Positions 22,593 through 34,285 of a stretch of DNA of 36,152 bases are shown piece by piece. Origin of the DNA: Malassezia furfur (taxonomy: Eukaryota). A model generated the notes under the pieces. The model did no database searches, had not been told where the DNA came from, and saw only the letters and a list, made by a program, of their open reading frames with translations. The number at the start of each line of letters is the position of its first letter. Position 1 is the first letter of the stretch. The stretch lies in NCBI GenBank assembly GCA_052055015.1, contig JBQJIT010000067.1; one strand, 5' to 3'. The translations under genes and the position numbers were made by a program.

Positions 22593-23828
22593 TTAGAGGA
22601 CCAGAGAACCCACGACGAAGGCAGCAAACGCGGCGCCCAGAGGGAAGAGGGCCGGCTTGAGCGAAGCAGCACCGTTATTCCCGTTACCGCTGCTGGCGTC
22701 GTTGCTGGTGTCCGAGCTTCTGCTGCTGCCGCTGCCGCTGTTGCTGCCGCTGCTGCCGCTGCCGCCCGTGGCCGACGCCTTCTGAGACTTCGAGCTCGAA
22801 GTGGGGATGATAGACTGGATGCCGTTGGCAATAGTGGAGAAAGTCTGGCAGTTCGACGAGCTCGGCTGCGACTGCGCAGCGGTCGGCGTCTTCTCGCCCT
22901 TGGAGCCGTTCGTGTAGGTCTTCTTCACGCCATTGTCGGTCCAGATACCAGTCGCGTACTGCTGGAACGAGGAGGTCTGGCCGTTCGAGACATATACACC
23001 GGGAGGGTATGCAGGGTCCGCATCGCACGAGTCGAACTGGTCAGGGAAGTAGTTGCCCGGCATAATCCAGTAGCAACCAACCTCATCCAGCGAGTGCTGG
23101 CACTCGGTCTGCGGCGGCGCCTGGTCGGAACCAGCAATGCACACACGGAAACACATCAGCTCGTGGCTCACGTAGTTCATCCACTCCTGGTAGAACACGT
23201 CCTTGCCCGTCACGTTCGAGGTGACGTTACCGCCGATGGGGTTGCCCTTGTTCGTGGCACCGTGAGGGTCGAGCTCACCACCCGAGTCACCCTTCTGGAA
23301 GTTGATCTTGGTGAAGTCACCCAAGGCCATAATCTGGACATACAGCGGCGTCTTAACAAAGTGCGCAGCCGTCACGGTACCGTCGGGGATCACACGAGCA
23401 TTGTTACGGGGCTTGGTGCAGTATGCAACCGTCTCGGCCTCAACATCGCCGAGCGTCTTCGTGTTGTCCATGGGACCAAAAGTGCACCAGTCGTCCACGC
23501 TGTTAATCGATGCCAGGCGCGACTCGGAGGTTTGGTTGATCGGTGTGTTAAGCTTGGGCTTGCTGGGATTCGTCGGACCGTTCTTCTCCTGGGCAACCAC
23601 ACCCGGGTAGTTGGGGTCGGGCGTGCCATAGTCAAACTTGGGAGAGTCGTTCGGCGCGTTGTTCAGCGCGGCCGCCGACGAGGCAGCGGCCGACGACGAG
23701 GACGCCTGACGCGGCAGGAGGCCATGGTGAGCCGCGTCGTTCAGGCGACGCGGGCGATACACCAGCGCACCGTTCGCAAGCGATACAATGGCCAGTAGGC
23801 TAATAAAGGAACGAATGGGGATGATCAT
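22593..23828 (-). CDS. Secreted/GPI-anchored mannoprotein, MP88-like (paralog 3)
   Basis: Same architecture and core as paralogs 1 and 2. Signal peptide MIIPIRSFISLLAIVSLANG starts at ATG 23828. Confidence 0.82.
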   Translation of the reverse strand: MIIPIRSFISLLAIVSLANGALVYRPRRLNDAAHHGLLPRQASSSSAAASSAAALNNAPNDSPKFDYGTPDPNYPGVVAQEKNGPTNPSKPKLNTPINQTSESRLASINSVDDWCTFGPMDNTKTLGDVEAETVAYCTKPRNNARVIPDGTVTAAHFVKTPLYVQIMALGDFTKINFQKGDSGGELDPHGATNKGNPIGGNVTSNVTGKDVFYQEWMNYVSHELMCFRVCIAGSDQAPPQTECQHSLDEVGCYWIMPGNYFPDQFDSCDADPAYPPGVYVSNGQTSSFQQYATGIWTDNGVKKTYTNGSKGEKTPTAAQSQPSSSNCQTFSTIANGIQSIIPTSSSKSQKASATGGSGSSGSNSGSGSSRSSDTSNDASSGNGNNGAASLKPALFPLGAAFAAFVVGSLVL

Positions 23829-24170
23829 GGTGCTTTGTGCCAAGTACAAAGAGCTTGGGACACAAGGATATGGAGGGAGGAGGGAATTTGCACTTTAGAG
23901 GGTAAACAGCGCGGACTCGTCTACATTTGACTAGCTGACTACACGCGCACTGGCGTGCCTACCGCCCGGCTGGCATTCGAGAGCAAGGGCGCGTGCCAGG
24001 GCAGTGTCTACAGCGGCCAAATGCCCTACTCACGTGATATGCCAGGCCCCGCTCGCCAATCGATACGGCGTGTCGAGGTCGATCCTGCGGCTTGCATACC
24101 CTGGCCCTTGGTGGTCACGTGCCCGATAGGAAGACGCAGCGTGCATCGCCAGGCCCAGGATTGCAACGCG

Positions 24171-24641
24171 ATGGTGGTGCGTCTCCGTTTGGCCAGGCAC
24201 GGCACCCGTTCCAACCCTTTCTACCACTTGGTGGCCATTCAAAATACCAAGGCACGCGATGCGCTTCCAATTGAAAAGCTAGGAGAATACGACCCTGTGC
24301 CCAAGCCGGAGTACGACCAGCCGATGCCGTCGCGGCAGCAGACAGGCGAAAACCGTCCGGGGTACAATGGCGAGGTGATCAAGTCGGGCATTCATGTGAA
24401 GCCTGTTCTGCGGAAACGGCTCGAGTGGAATGAAGACAGGATTCGGTATTGGCTTGGCGTGGGCGCGCAGCCCAGCAAGCCTGTGTTCAAATTGCTATAC
24501 CGTGTACGTTGAATTTTTTTTTTGTCCTGCTGACCACAGACGGGCTTGATTCCGGAAGACAAGGTGCACCTGTACATGCGGACTCGCGCATCATCCCAGC
24601 CCGAGGCAGAGGTAGTGAACAAGCCGCCCACGTCGGATTAA
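24171..24641 (+). CDS. MRPS16: Mitochondrial ribosomal protein S16 (bS16m)
   Basis: MVVRLRLARHGTRSNPFYHLVA..KARDALPIEKLGEYDP..DRIRYWLGVGAQPSKPVFKLL is the S16 signature. Intron 24504-24539 (36 nt, GTACGT..GCTGAC.CACAG) leads into TGLIPEDK..., with stop TAA at 24639-24641. Confidence 0.92.
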
Positions 24642-24921
24642 GCGCGCACACGCCCCGTCTCGGCGCAGATGACTCTGCCTCGCTTGGGCACATCGCTCTC
24701 CCACACCGTGCGACTCCAAGCATGTGTTGTGTATTGTGATCCACATCTCATTACATGAATGGGGTATATGGCAATGGGATACGCAAAAGTACATGCAGCG
24801 TGCAGCATGTGCATCCTCTTCCACGACGGAAACTGCATCGCGCTCCGGGCAGACAGCTAGAGGTAGTGTGAGCAACTATACCACCACCGTGATAAGTGCA
24901 AACCTTCTTTTTGACATGGTA

Positions 24922-26925
24922 TTACCTGCGTCCTTTGCGTGACGAACGCGGCGGGGCGCTGCCCCTGTCATGCCGGTCGGTGTGGGGGTTGGGCGACTTG
25001 ACGCCGCCGCCGCCCATCTGGGCCATAACCTCGGGCGGCGGCGGGAAGGGAAAAGGAAAAGGCATGCCACCACCGCCCATCCATGGCGGCATGGGCATCG
25101 GTGGTGGTGGTGGGGTGTCTTGCTTTGGACTAGGTCCCGTGCTTTGAGAGTTCTGCATGAGCGACTGGAGCATAGCCGGATCGAAAGGCGGCACCGGCGG
25201 CACCGGTGGCACCGATGGCCCCTCTGTTCCCGAGGGCGCCATCTGTGCCATCATCGCCGCCATCGCGGGGAAGGGAGGGATGGGTGGCAGATCGACAGCC
25301 TCCTCGATGACCTCGCCAGGCAGGCCTGTGCGCATGGTCTTGGGCGGCGGCATCATTGCGGCAAACGACAAAACAAATTCGTCGGGCTCCGCGGGCGAGT
25401 CGGGGATCTCGTGGGGCGACGCATAAGACGCGAGTGGCAGGGTCTTTTCGCGCTGCTCCTGAGCCACTTTCGCCTCGCTGTCGACCCCACGCTCCGGCAG
25501 TGGCCCCGATTCTGGTGCAGCGAATTGCATTAGCCGAGGGGTATACCAGTCGATCTGCTCGTCCATTTCAGCATGCGCCTGGCGGAACACGCCGCCTTCT
25601 TCGATATCAAGCGCACCTGTACCACGCACAGAGGCGTCGCCGTCCTCATACACAGCTGCTTCAATCATTTTGACAGCGACAAGCGGCATCCCATCATAGT
25701 CTTTCCAATGCACCGACTTTTTCCGTTTCTTCCGCTCCGTGTGCGGCTCTTTCGAGGTTGCCGCAGGTGCAGACGGCGCTGGCGCCGGCTGCTGGTCGAT
25801 CAGCGACATGAAGCCGGCTAGGTCCTTATTCGCATTCGTCGGAGCCGATGCGCCACGCATCGATCTCCGCGCGGTAGCCAGCGGATCCGCCGATGGCCGC
25901 GCAGCAGCCGTCGCAGACCGCGTAGGGATCCGTAGGTCATTGGGCTGCGGCGACGCGCGCCGGTCATTTGCCGCCCTCGTCGAAACAACCTGCGCAGGCC
26001 GCGCCGGCGCCGACACAGCCGGCGGCGTCGTATTCCGGGCACGCTTCACACTCTCGCTGGCCGTACTGGATGCGGGCCGCTTGGGTGCCACGGGCGGCGA
26101 ATCGCGCGCCTCGCCGGAGCTGGACCGTGCGGGCACCAGCGCACTCCATCGATCCTTGACCGCATCGGCAAGCTTCCGCGCTTGCTCACTTCGTGCGCGC
26201 TTCTGTGCCCCCGTAATCAGCTTTCCCAGTCCTACATGGTCCTTGAGGTGTTCGAGCGAGATGGGCAGCTCCAGAAGGAGTTCAAGAAGGGGACAGAGCA
26301 CGTCTTTCCATTTCTCGCTCTCGTCGACCACGTCGGCCTTCCGCGGCGGCGTTGCATCGCTGAGCCAGGTCGCGAGGATTTCGCGGCCACGGATGTCATG
26401 GGAAAACGCTTTGAGATACGCAGGCGTACCTACCTCCCGTAGGAGACGCACGATCAGGACTCGCTCCTCGGGGGTGGTAGGGTACAGGTGCAGCGAGCCG
26501 GATGCATTTGTCGACAACAGGGTGATGAGCGCGCCAGCGGCCTGTGAGGGATTCTGCTCCGCAACATTCTTGGACAGAATCAGCGGTGCTGCACGCGCAA
26601 TGTTGTGCTGGTCCGGCGGGGTAAAAAGGGCGGGGCCAGCAGCCGGCGGTTGAGGCGGCGCCAAATCGACTTGGTGGTCGCTTTTGGGTATGGTGGGTGT
26701 TGTGTAGGTAGTTGATGGCGGAGCACCCTCACCGCTGGCTGGCGCAGGAGCCTCGCTGGGTGCGTCGTCTCGTGGGTTCCTGGCGGTCAGTCGGTCCTCG
26801 CGCGCGGCGCTTCGTGCGCGCAACGCACAAACATCTGACGAACGCCGCGAAGCGCGTTCCAGGGTGCTGTACGCTGCGCAGCCTCGTTGCGCCCTTGCCG
26901 CTACGCACTGAGTTGGCATGGACAT
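24922..26925 (-). CDS. PNUTS/Ppn1-like protein phosphatase 1 regulatory subunit (TFIIS N-terminal-like domain, RVxW motif, Pro-rich tail)
   Basis: Helical domain LLELLLELPISLEHLKDHVGLGKLI...ARKLADAVKDRWSALV resembles a TFIIS-N/LW domain. KKRKKSVHW is a PP1-docking motif, followed by EGGVFRQ...EQIDWYTPR...SEAKVAQEQRE...IPDSPAEPD. Probable start is ATG 26925, with a probable in-frame intron at 26780-26908. Confidence 0.68.
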   Translation of the reverse strand: MSMPTQCVAARAQRGCAAYSTLERASRRSSDVCALRARSAAREDRLTARNPRDDAPSEAPAPASGEGAPPSTTYTTPTIPKSDHQVDLAPPQPPAAGPALFTPPDQHNIARAAPLILSKNVAEQNPSQAAGALITLLSTNASGSLHLYPTTPEERVLIVRLLREVGTPAYLKAFSHDIRGREILATWLSDATPPRKADVVDESEKWKDVLCPLLELLLELPISLEHLKDHVGLGKLITGAQKRARSEQARKLADAVKDRWSALVPARSSSGEARDSPPVAPKRPASSTASESVKRARNTTPPAVSAPARPAQVVSTRAANDRRASPQPNDLRIPTRSATAAARPSADPLATARRSMRGASAPTNANKDLAGFMSLIDQQPAPAPSAPAATSKEPHTERKKRKKSVHWKDYDGMPLVAVKMIEAAVYEDGDASVRGTGALDIEEGGVFRQAHAEMDEQIDWYTPRLMQFAAPESGPLPERGVDSEAKVAQEQREKTLPLASYASPHEIPDSPAEPDEFVLSFAAMMPPPKTMRTGLPGEVIEEAVDLPPIPPFPAMAAMMAQMAPSGTEGPSVPPVPPVPPFDPAMLQSLMQNSQSTGPSPKQDTPPPPPMPMPPWMGGGGMPFPFPFPPPPEVMAQMGGGGVKSPNPHTDRHDRGSAPPRSSRKGRR

Positions 26926-27253
26926 TGTCCTGTCGAGCGACACTGGCGGTACACAGCGCCCAGTCAATCAATGAATCGCAAACTCGCTCACTCCCAAATC
27001 AATCACCCGAGTCACTACAAGGGCGGCGAACTATGACTAGTGGGTGTGCAGTTGTACAGTCCACGGTGGGAGAGAACTCGTTCAAGCTTGTTGGCTGTCA
27101 GTCCACGCGCCGCACGCAATCGTCCCGTGTTCACGCGTGTGGCAGGATGAGGAAAAAGAGGGGCGGGCGAGTCGCCACTGTCACCCCAGTGTTTAGTCAG
27201 GCGGTTCGCTCGTCCGCACTGACCAGAAAAATAGCGGAGTGTCGAGCTGCGTG

Positions 27254-29119
27254 ATGCTGTTGGGCGCGCAGCCGAGAAGCGCGTTGCGCATGCTTCGCGG
27301 GGTGCATGGCTCGCGTGCTTTGACTAGCACGCAGACAAGGTGCCGAGATACCCCGAAGGAGAAGCACCGCGTGCAGTACAACTACGACATATTCGACCAA
27401 TTTCCGGACCAACAGCTCGCGCAGCACCCGCTCGTCACGGCGCGCGAGCTGGAGTTGTACAAGCAGCGCCCGCGGTCTGTACGCATGCTTGCGCGTGACT
27501 TCGTCCACGATAGCCTGTACAATCCCACGTACGGCTACTTTAGCAGGCAGGCGGTGCTGCTCCCAGAGGAAGAGCGCGGGGGCGAGCCGAGCAAGTTTCA
27601 GTTCAACGAAATCAAGAACGAGACCGAGTTTATGCGTGATGTACAGATGCGCTACATCTCGTTCGAAGAGCAGTTCCAGGCGCGTCGCGAGGCCATGGAC
27701 CGCGCGCGCAGCAAGGACCAGCCGACGCTCCAGGACCAAATTAATGCGCTGACCGCGCGGCAACGTCGCGCCGCGTGGGGCAGCACTGAAGCCCTGGAGC
27801 TTGCCAAGGAGAAGGGGAAACTGCTCGAGATGCAAAGTCGCAACAGCATGTCGGAACTCGAGGTGGATACAATGGCGGCCGGGCAGGTCTGGCATACGCC
27901 GACGCAGCTGTTCAGCGTATGTGACACTTGACTCACCCAGCCCTTCTACGGACGCGCGCTTGCGCGGTACCTCGTGGCAGAATACAAGCTGCACCTCTTC
28001 CCGAGCCACGACTTGGTCATCTACGAGCTCGGAGGCGGTGCGGGGACGCTCGCCCGCGACATTCTCGACTACATCGAGGAGGTCGAGCCCGAGGTGTACG
28101 AGCGGACGCAGTACCGCATCGTGGAAATCAGTGCGCGCCTGGCATCACAGCAGCGCGAGGTCCTCGCCCGACATGCGCGTGCAAATGTCGCCGAGGTCGT
28201 CCTGCGCGACTTTTTGCAGTGGGACGAGAATGTCGACGAGCCGTGCTTCTTTGTGGCGCTTGAGGTGCTGGACAATCTGACGCACGACGTGGTCCGCTAC
28301 TCCACCGAAGACCTGTCGCCTTATCAGTGCATGGTGGCAATCGACGATACGGGTGACTTCCATGAGCTCTGGGAGCCCGTGCACGACCCCGTCATCCGCC
28401 GTTACCTCCGCCTTCTCCACAAAGTGCGGCCCAGCGTATTGCCACCTGGTGCGCCTTTGTACCTCTCGTGGCTGCCGCAGTGGTTGCGCTCGGCGCTGAA
28501 CAGGCACATGCCCTTCTATCCCAACCTGACGCAGCCGCACTTCATCCCCACGGGGTCGTTGCAGATGATGGATGTGCTCCGGCGACACTTCCCGCAGCAC
28601 CGCCTGGTGTTTTCTGACTTTTCGTCGCTGCCCGACGCGGCACCGGGCGTGAATGCACCTGTGGTGCAGACGCGGCACAATGGCACAATGATCCCGGTGA
28701 CTACCTACCTGGTGCTACAGGGCTTCTTTGACATCTTCTTTCCCACCGATTTCCCGGTCCTGCGTGACATTTATCTCCGCGTGATGGGTTCGCCGCCCGC
28801 GAACGAGGTCGACGCCGCGCCTGCACCGCCACGCGCCATGTCTCCCGTGGGCGAGCCAGACTACTTTACGCCGGCCTACTCGGCGATGTCTCCGCCCAGT
28901 GCGCTCAACACGGGGCTCCCTGAATACAACATGACCTCATCGAGTTTCTTCCATTCGGGGATCCTACCCCCGCCCCTGCAGGCCGCCGAGCATGATGCAC
29001 GGATCATGACCCATGCACAGTTCCTGCACCGGTATGCCGAGGTGTCGCGCACGCAGCTCCGCGACGGGTCCAACCCGCTGCTGACCTGGTATGCCAACGC
29101 GTGTTGGCTTCTTACATAG
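27254..29119 (+). CDS. NDUFAF7/MidA-family SAM-dependent protein arginine methyltransferase, mitochondrial
   Basis: Motifs MLARDFVHDSLYNPTYGYF, VWHTPTQLFSPFYGRALARYL (after removing 24-nt intron 27917-27940), IYELGGGAGTLARDILDY, YRIVEIS, ALEVLDNLTHD and QGFFDIFFPTDF. Confidence 0.88.
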
Positions 29120-29238
29120 TGGAATTTTAGCGACACTGGAAAAAAGTGCCCGATTTGGGCCAAGGCGGGCACATAGTTGATCGGCTGGCGCAGTGGAGGC
29201 GGCCGCCCGTCGACGCCGCCCACGATCGACGCTCGGCG

Positions 29239-29699
29239 ATGGTGAACCACACTGAGGCGCGTCCCTCGTCGGCTGGACGCGCGACTGTCGCGCTAGGGAT
29301 ACGTACGTTGTCTTCATCCATGGCTGACCATTAGTCCTGTTTGCGCATGCCGCATACTCGACCTACGAATGTGCGCTGTCTACTCACTCACTCAGTCGTT
29401 GCGCAAGGCAAATCGCTTGCGCCTGGTACGCTCTCGACCCCATACGAGAAGGCGATCCCGTGGGACGTACGTCTATGCGCTTACTTTCAGGTCACGGTCG
29501 AGACACTTCTTTCGTTTGTGGTGCTGGTACTCGGATGCGCGATGACCACGCCGGCGCTCCGCGAGATTGACTGGTCCGCCGAGCTGCGCGACGAGTAGGT
29601 ACACGCGACTGACCCAGCTCGATCGACCGTGTGTACACGCGCCCAAGTTTCGCCAACGTGCACCACCGCGGTGCGGCGCTGTTTGGCGACCGGGCCTAG
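29239..29699 (+). CDS. EMC5: ER membrane protein complex subunit 5 / MMGT1
   Basis: Five exons, with introns at 29303-29334 (32 nt), 29371-29395 (25 nt), 29467-29490 (24 nt) and 29595-29617 (23 nt). The spliced product is MVNHTEARPSSAGRATVALGILLFAHAAYSTYEFVAQGKSLAPGTLSTPYEKAIPWDVTVETLLSFVVLVLGCAMTTPALREIDWSAELRDDSIDRVYTRPSFANVHHRGAALFGDRA*. It carries the MMgT-family motifs LxHAAYS, PxDxxxETL and RPSF..HRG. Confidence 0.87.
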
Positions 29700-29762
29700 A
29701 CAGAGAGCCATAGTGACGCGGATTCACACAAGGCACACCTACGTGGTCGGCTACGAGAACCC

Positions 29763-31046
<1,284 letters not shown>

Positions 31047-31362
31047 GGTGATGAACGCTTCGGTGATGGAGCCGCTCGCCGCGGCCACGTCCACAACACC
31101 CACTCGGCCACGGGGCCCTTCGGGCCCGGCCAATCAGACCGCCGAGGGACCGTGCCCGCGTGCCGCGTGCACCCTCGCATTGTGTTTGGCCCGCCGCGGC
31201 CACAGCCTTGGACGCGCCGCGCCCGCCTTTTGTGCGTTCGGCCGAGAAAGATGCGCTGGCAGGCGCGTGCACGTGAAGCGATCGATCGGGGGCGGAGGGC
31301 TATTGGTACAAGGGACTACACACGCTCGGAACCGCGGCGCACACGGCGCGCGCACGGCGCGC

Positions 31363-32919
31363 TCACTTGGCCTTCTTCTTTTCCTTGGAGTCGGACTTGG
31401 CCGCCTTCTTGGCCGCCTTCTTGGCCGCCTTGGCCACCTCGTCGTGCTTGTCCTTGCTCTTGCTCTTGCTCTTCTCCTTCTTCTCCTTCTTTTCCTTCTT
31501 GGCCTTCTTCTCCTTCTTGGCCTCGGTCGGCGCGGGCGCCTCGTCCTCGCTCGCCGCTTCGTCCTCCTCGTCGTCATCCGCAGCGTCGACGTCCATCAGA
31601 TCGCCGGCCGCCTCCTCGACCGCCATAATGGCCTTGTGCATCGCATCGCTGTTCTTGCCCATCGGTTTACCCGTCTCGTAGAACTGCAGGCGCTCCTCCA
31701 CCTGCTGGTGCAGCACCTCACCAAACTTGGTCGAGGGCGCATCAGAGAAGCAGTCAATGCGCGACGCAATACTGATCTTGTTCGCGAGGTAGCGCGACAT
31801 CCGCCCCTTGTTCTTGGGCGCGGCACGCGAGATCGCCGAGGCGTGGTAGATCAGACCGTACTTGGGCGTGTTGCCCTTGGTCTTCAGCGCACGAAACAGG
31901 GCCTTCTCCGCACCGAGAATCTGCACCGTAGACGCAGGGTACTTGGCCAAGTTCGTCAGCGAACCCGCGTGCGAAATGAGGCGCGCGCCAATGATCTCGC
32001 CAATGAGCGCCGACAGGTTGGGCGCAACGAGGTGCATCTTCTCCACAAGGTACGCATGCATGTTCTTGCGGTACTCGGCAAGCTGCACAACACGGTCGGC
32101 AAAGTTTTCAATGTTGATCATGTCAAGCTCGCCAATCTCCGTGCCCATCGACGCGCGGCTCGCATCGAGCACATTGCGTGCCGCAACCTCGTCGCCACCA
32201 AGGATCTCGGTGATCTCTTCCAGCTGGTCCTCGCTCAGCTGCTCCTTGGCCTTGATGAGACGCGCCAGGCGCGCGTACACAATGTTGTCCGGCACAATGC
32301 GCACGAGCTCTGGGAAGTGCCAGCCATACCACTCGCGCACACGCATCGCAAACGTGTTCACATCCTTGTCGAGCGTGTCAAGGAGCGCGATCGCCTGGAT
32401 AATCATATTGTCGCTGCGGTTCACGTTGAACTTGACCTTGGAGCGCGAGTAGCTGTGACCCAAGCCCAGCTGCGCGCGCGCGAGGTCACCCTCGGTCATG
32501 CCCTTGAGCATCTTTTCCGCGTGCATACGCACGCCGCGGATCAGCTCCTGGCTCGTCTCGCCCGTGTCACACGGGATGCCCAACTCGCCAACGATGCTCG
32601 TCGCCAGGTTGCGGTCCGCAACACCGAGCTCGATACCCTTGACCTTCTTGCCCTCCGGGCGCAGGTTGAGCGTCAGCAGGGAGCGGAGGTGGTCGTCAAC
32701 GACGCCCTCCGAGATGTCCAGCGCGCCCTGGAGCGCCTCGGGCGCGCTCTTGAACGGGCTGAAGCTCACGAGCTTGACCATCTTGCCGAACGACGGCAGG
32801 TCGTCGATCGCATCCTGCACCTGCTTGGTCTGTGACCCGATACTCTCTGCCTGCTCGACCTTGAACAGCGCAAGGCCGGCTGCGCACTCGAACAGCACAT
32901 GCGTCGGCGTTCCCGGCAT
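31363..32919 (-). CDS. NOP56: Box C/D snoRNP core protein Nop56
   Basis: [31 protein letters not shown] is Nop56-type rather than Nop58-type. Also [44 protein letters not shown] and a KKE-rich tail. ATG at 32919. Confidence 0.94.
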   Translation of the reverse strand: MPGTPTHVLFECAAGLALFKVEQAESIGSQTKQVQDAIDDLPSFGKMVKLVSFSPFKSAPEALQGALDISEGVVDDHLRSLLTLNLRPEGKKVKGIELGVADRNLATSIVGELGIPCDTGETSQELIRGVRMHAEKMLKGMTEGDLARAQLGLGHSYSRSKVKFNVNRSDNMIIQAIALLDTLDKDVNTFAMRVREWYGWHFPELVRIVPDNIVYARLARLIKAKEQLSEDQLEEITEILGGDEVAARNVLDASRASMGTEIGELDMINIENFADRVVQLAEYRKNMHAYLVEKMHLVAPNLSALIGEIIGARLISHAGSLTNLAKYPASTVQILGAEKALFRALKTKGNTPKYGLIYHASAISRAAPKNKGRMSRYLANKISIASRIDCFSDAPSTKFGEVLHQQVEERLQFYETGKPMGKNSDAMHKAIMAVEEAAGDLMDVDAADDDEEDEAASEDEAPAPTEAKKEKKAKKEKKEKKEKSKSKSKDKHDEVAKAAKKAAKKAAKSDSKEKKKAK

Positions 32920-33088
32920 CGTCGCTCTGTCGCCTGTCGCAAAAACGGTGGGCCCTGCAAAGCGAACTTCCCGCCGGCCAAAAAAAATCCACGTGATGTC
33001 GGCCGATGGGGCTGGCCGCGGCGGAGCGATCGGCGGGGCGCTTGGGACACGACGCGTCACACCAACTCGCTTCCGACTCTCGGGCACG
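32920..33088. promoter_or_regulatory. Bidirectional promoter NOP56/SCL1 with A-tract and CACGTGA (32990-32996)
   Basis: 169-bp gap between divergent ATGs, containing an A-run immediately followed by TC-CACGTGA. Confidence 0.45.
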
Positions 33089-33925
33089 ATGTCGCGCAGC
33101 AGTTACGACCGGCACTTGACCATCTTCTCCCCCGAGGGGCGGCTGTACCAGGTAGAGTATGCGTTCAAGGCGATCAACGCCGCGGGAATCACCGCCGTCG
33201 CTGTGCGCGGCCGCGACTCGGTGGTCATTGCGACGCAGAAGAAGCTGCCGGACAAGCTGATCGATGCTTCTACGGTGACGCACGTCTTCACCATCACTCC
33301 GGAGATTGGCTGTGTGGTGACCGGCCGCTCCGCGGACGCGCGCGCGCAGGTGCAGCGTGCGCGCTCCGAGGCGGCCGAGTTCAAGTACAAGTACGGATAC
33401 CCCATCTCGCCCGATTTGCTGGCCAAGCGCCTGGCCAACATCAACCAAGTATATACGCAGAAGGCAGCGATGCGCCCGCTCGGCATCGCCATGATCCTCA
33501 TTGGGCTGGACGAAGAGCAGGGGCACAAGCCGCAGATCTTCAAGCTGGACCCCGCGGGCCACTACGTCGGCTTCCGTGCGACGGCCAGTGGCACCAAGCA
33601 GACCGAGGCGATCAACTTCCTCGAGAAGCAGTTTAAGCGCACGAGCAGCGTGAGCGCCTCGGCGCCCGACTCGGCGCTGCGCGAGGCCGAGGAGATCGCC
33701 GCCAAGCTGAGCCGCGACGATGCGCTCGACATGGCTGTCAATGCGCTCAGCACGGTGCTGGCCCAAGAGCTCAAGCCGAGCGAGCTCGAAGTCGGTGTCG
33801 TGGGCGGCCCCGAGGCACTGGCGCGCGATGCGGACCCCAAGGCGCAGGCCGCGCAGCGGAGATTCTCGACGCTGAGTGAGGCCGAGATCGGGCAGATTCT
33901 CGACCGTCTGGCGGAGCGGGACTAG
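33089..33925 (+). CDS. SCL1: 20S proteasome subunit alpha-1 (PSMA6)
   Basis: [40 protein letters not shown] and [25 protein letters not shown] at 33089. Confidence 0.95.
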   Translation: MSRSSYDRHLTIFSPEGRLYQVEYAFKAINAAGITAVAVRGRDSVVIATQKKLPDKLIDASTVTHVFTITPEIGCVVTGRSADARAQVQRARSEAAEFKYKYGYPISPDLLAKRLANINQVYTQKAAMRPLGIAMILIGLDEEQGHKPQIFKLDPAGHYVGFRATASGTKQTEAINFLEKQFKRTSSVSASAPDSALREAEEIAAKLSRDDALDMAVNALSTVLAQELKPSELEVGVVGGPEALARDADPKAQAAQRRFSTLSEAEIGQILDRLAERD

Positions 33926-33936
33926 GATTCGTAGGT

Positions 33937-34285
33937 CTACAGCATCATCTCCTCGTCCGAGTCGATCGTGTCATTGTCGACCTTGGGCTTTTTGGCGGTG
34001 CGCTCCGACTTATCGCGCGACCGGCGCTTCTTTTCCTTGCGTTCCTGCTGGTTGCGCTGCTTGCGCTGCCGGGCGAGCGCCGCGAGCTTGTCGCGGGTGG
34101 ACGTCGGCGCGGTGGGGGCAGCGGCGTCGGGCGCATCGCCAGATGCGGTACCATCTGCGGCGTCGTCGTCGCCACGCGCGCTGTCCTTGTCCGAGTCGCT
34201 CTCGTTCGCGTCCGTGTCCGAGTCGTCCTCGCGGAAGAGGTCGTCGGCCGCCTCCTCCTCGGAGTCGTTCGCGATGAACTGTGCG

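Noticed and set aside
19440..22770. (GCT/GCC)n-like repeats near 19440-19480, 20420-20520 and 22715-22770 as possible repeat arrays or CRISPR
   Set aside because: These are low-complexity Ser/Gly codon runs in mannoprotein stalks, with no repeat-spacer structure, and the context is eukaryotic.
24857..24925. Possible extra 3' intron in the PNUTS-like gene (AG|GTAATA … GCTCAC…CTAG) adding a Cys-rich tail
   Set aside because: The donor lacks the +5 G seen in every other intron here, and the resulting Cys/His spacing does not fit a CCCH zinc finger. It is unsupported without cDNA.
32498..33088. Long N-terminal extensions of SCL1, NOP56, MAM33, MRPS16 and mannoprotein 2 in the ORF track
   Set aside because: They begin at upstream or alternative codons overlapping neighbouring genes or promoters; conserved N-termini or signal peptides start at the downstream ATGs I reported.
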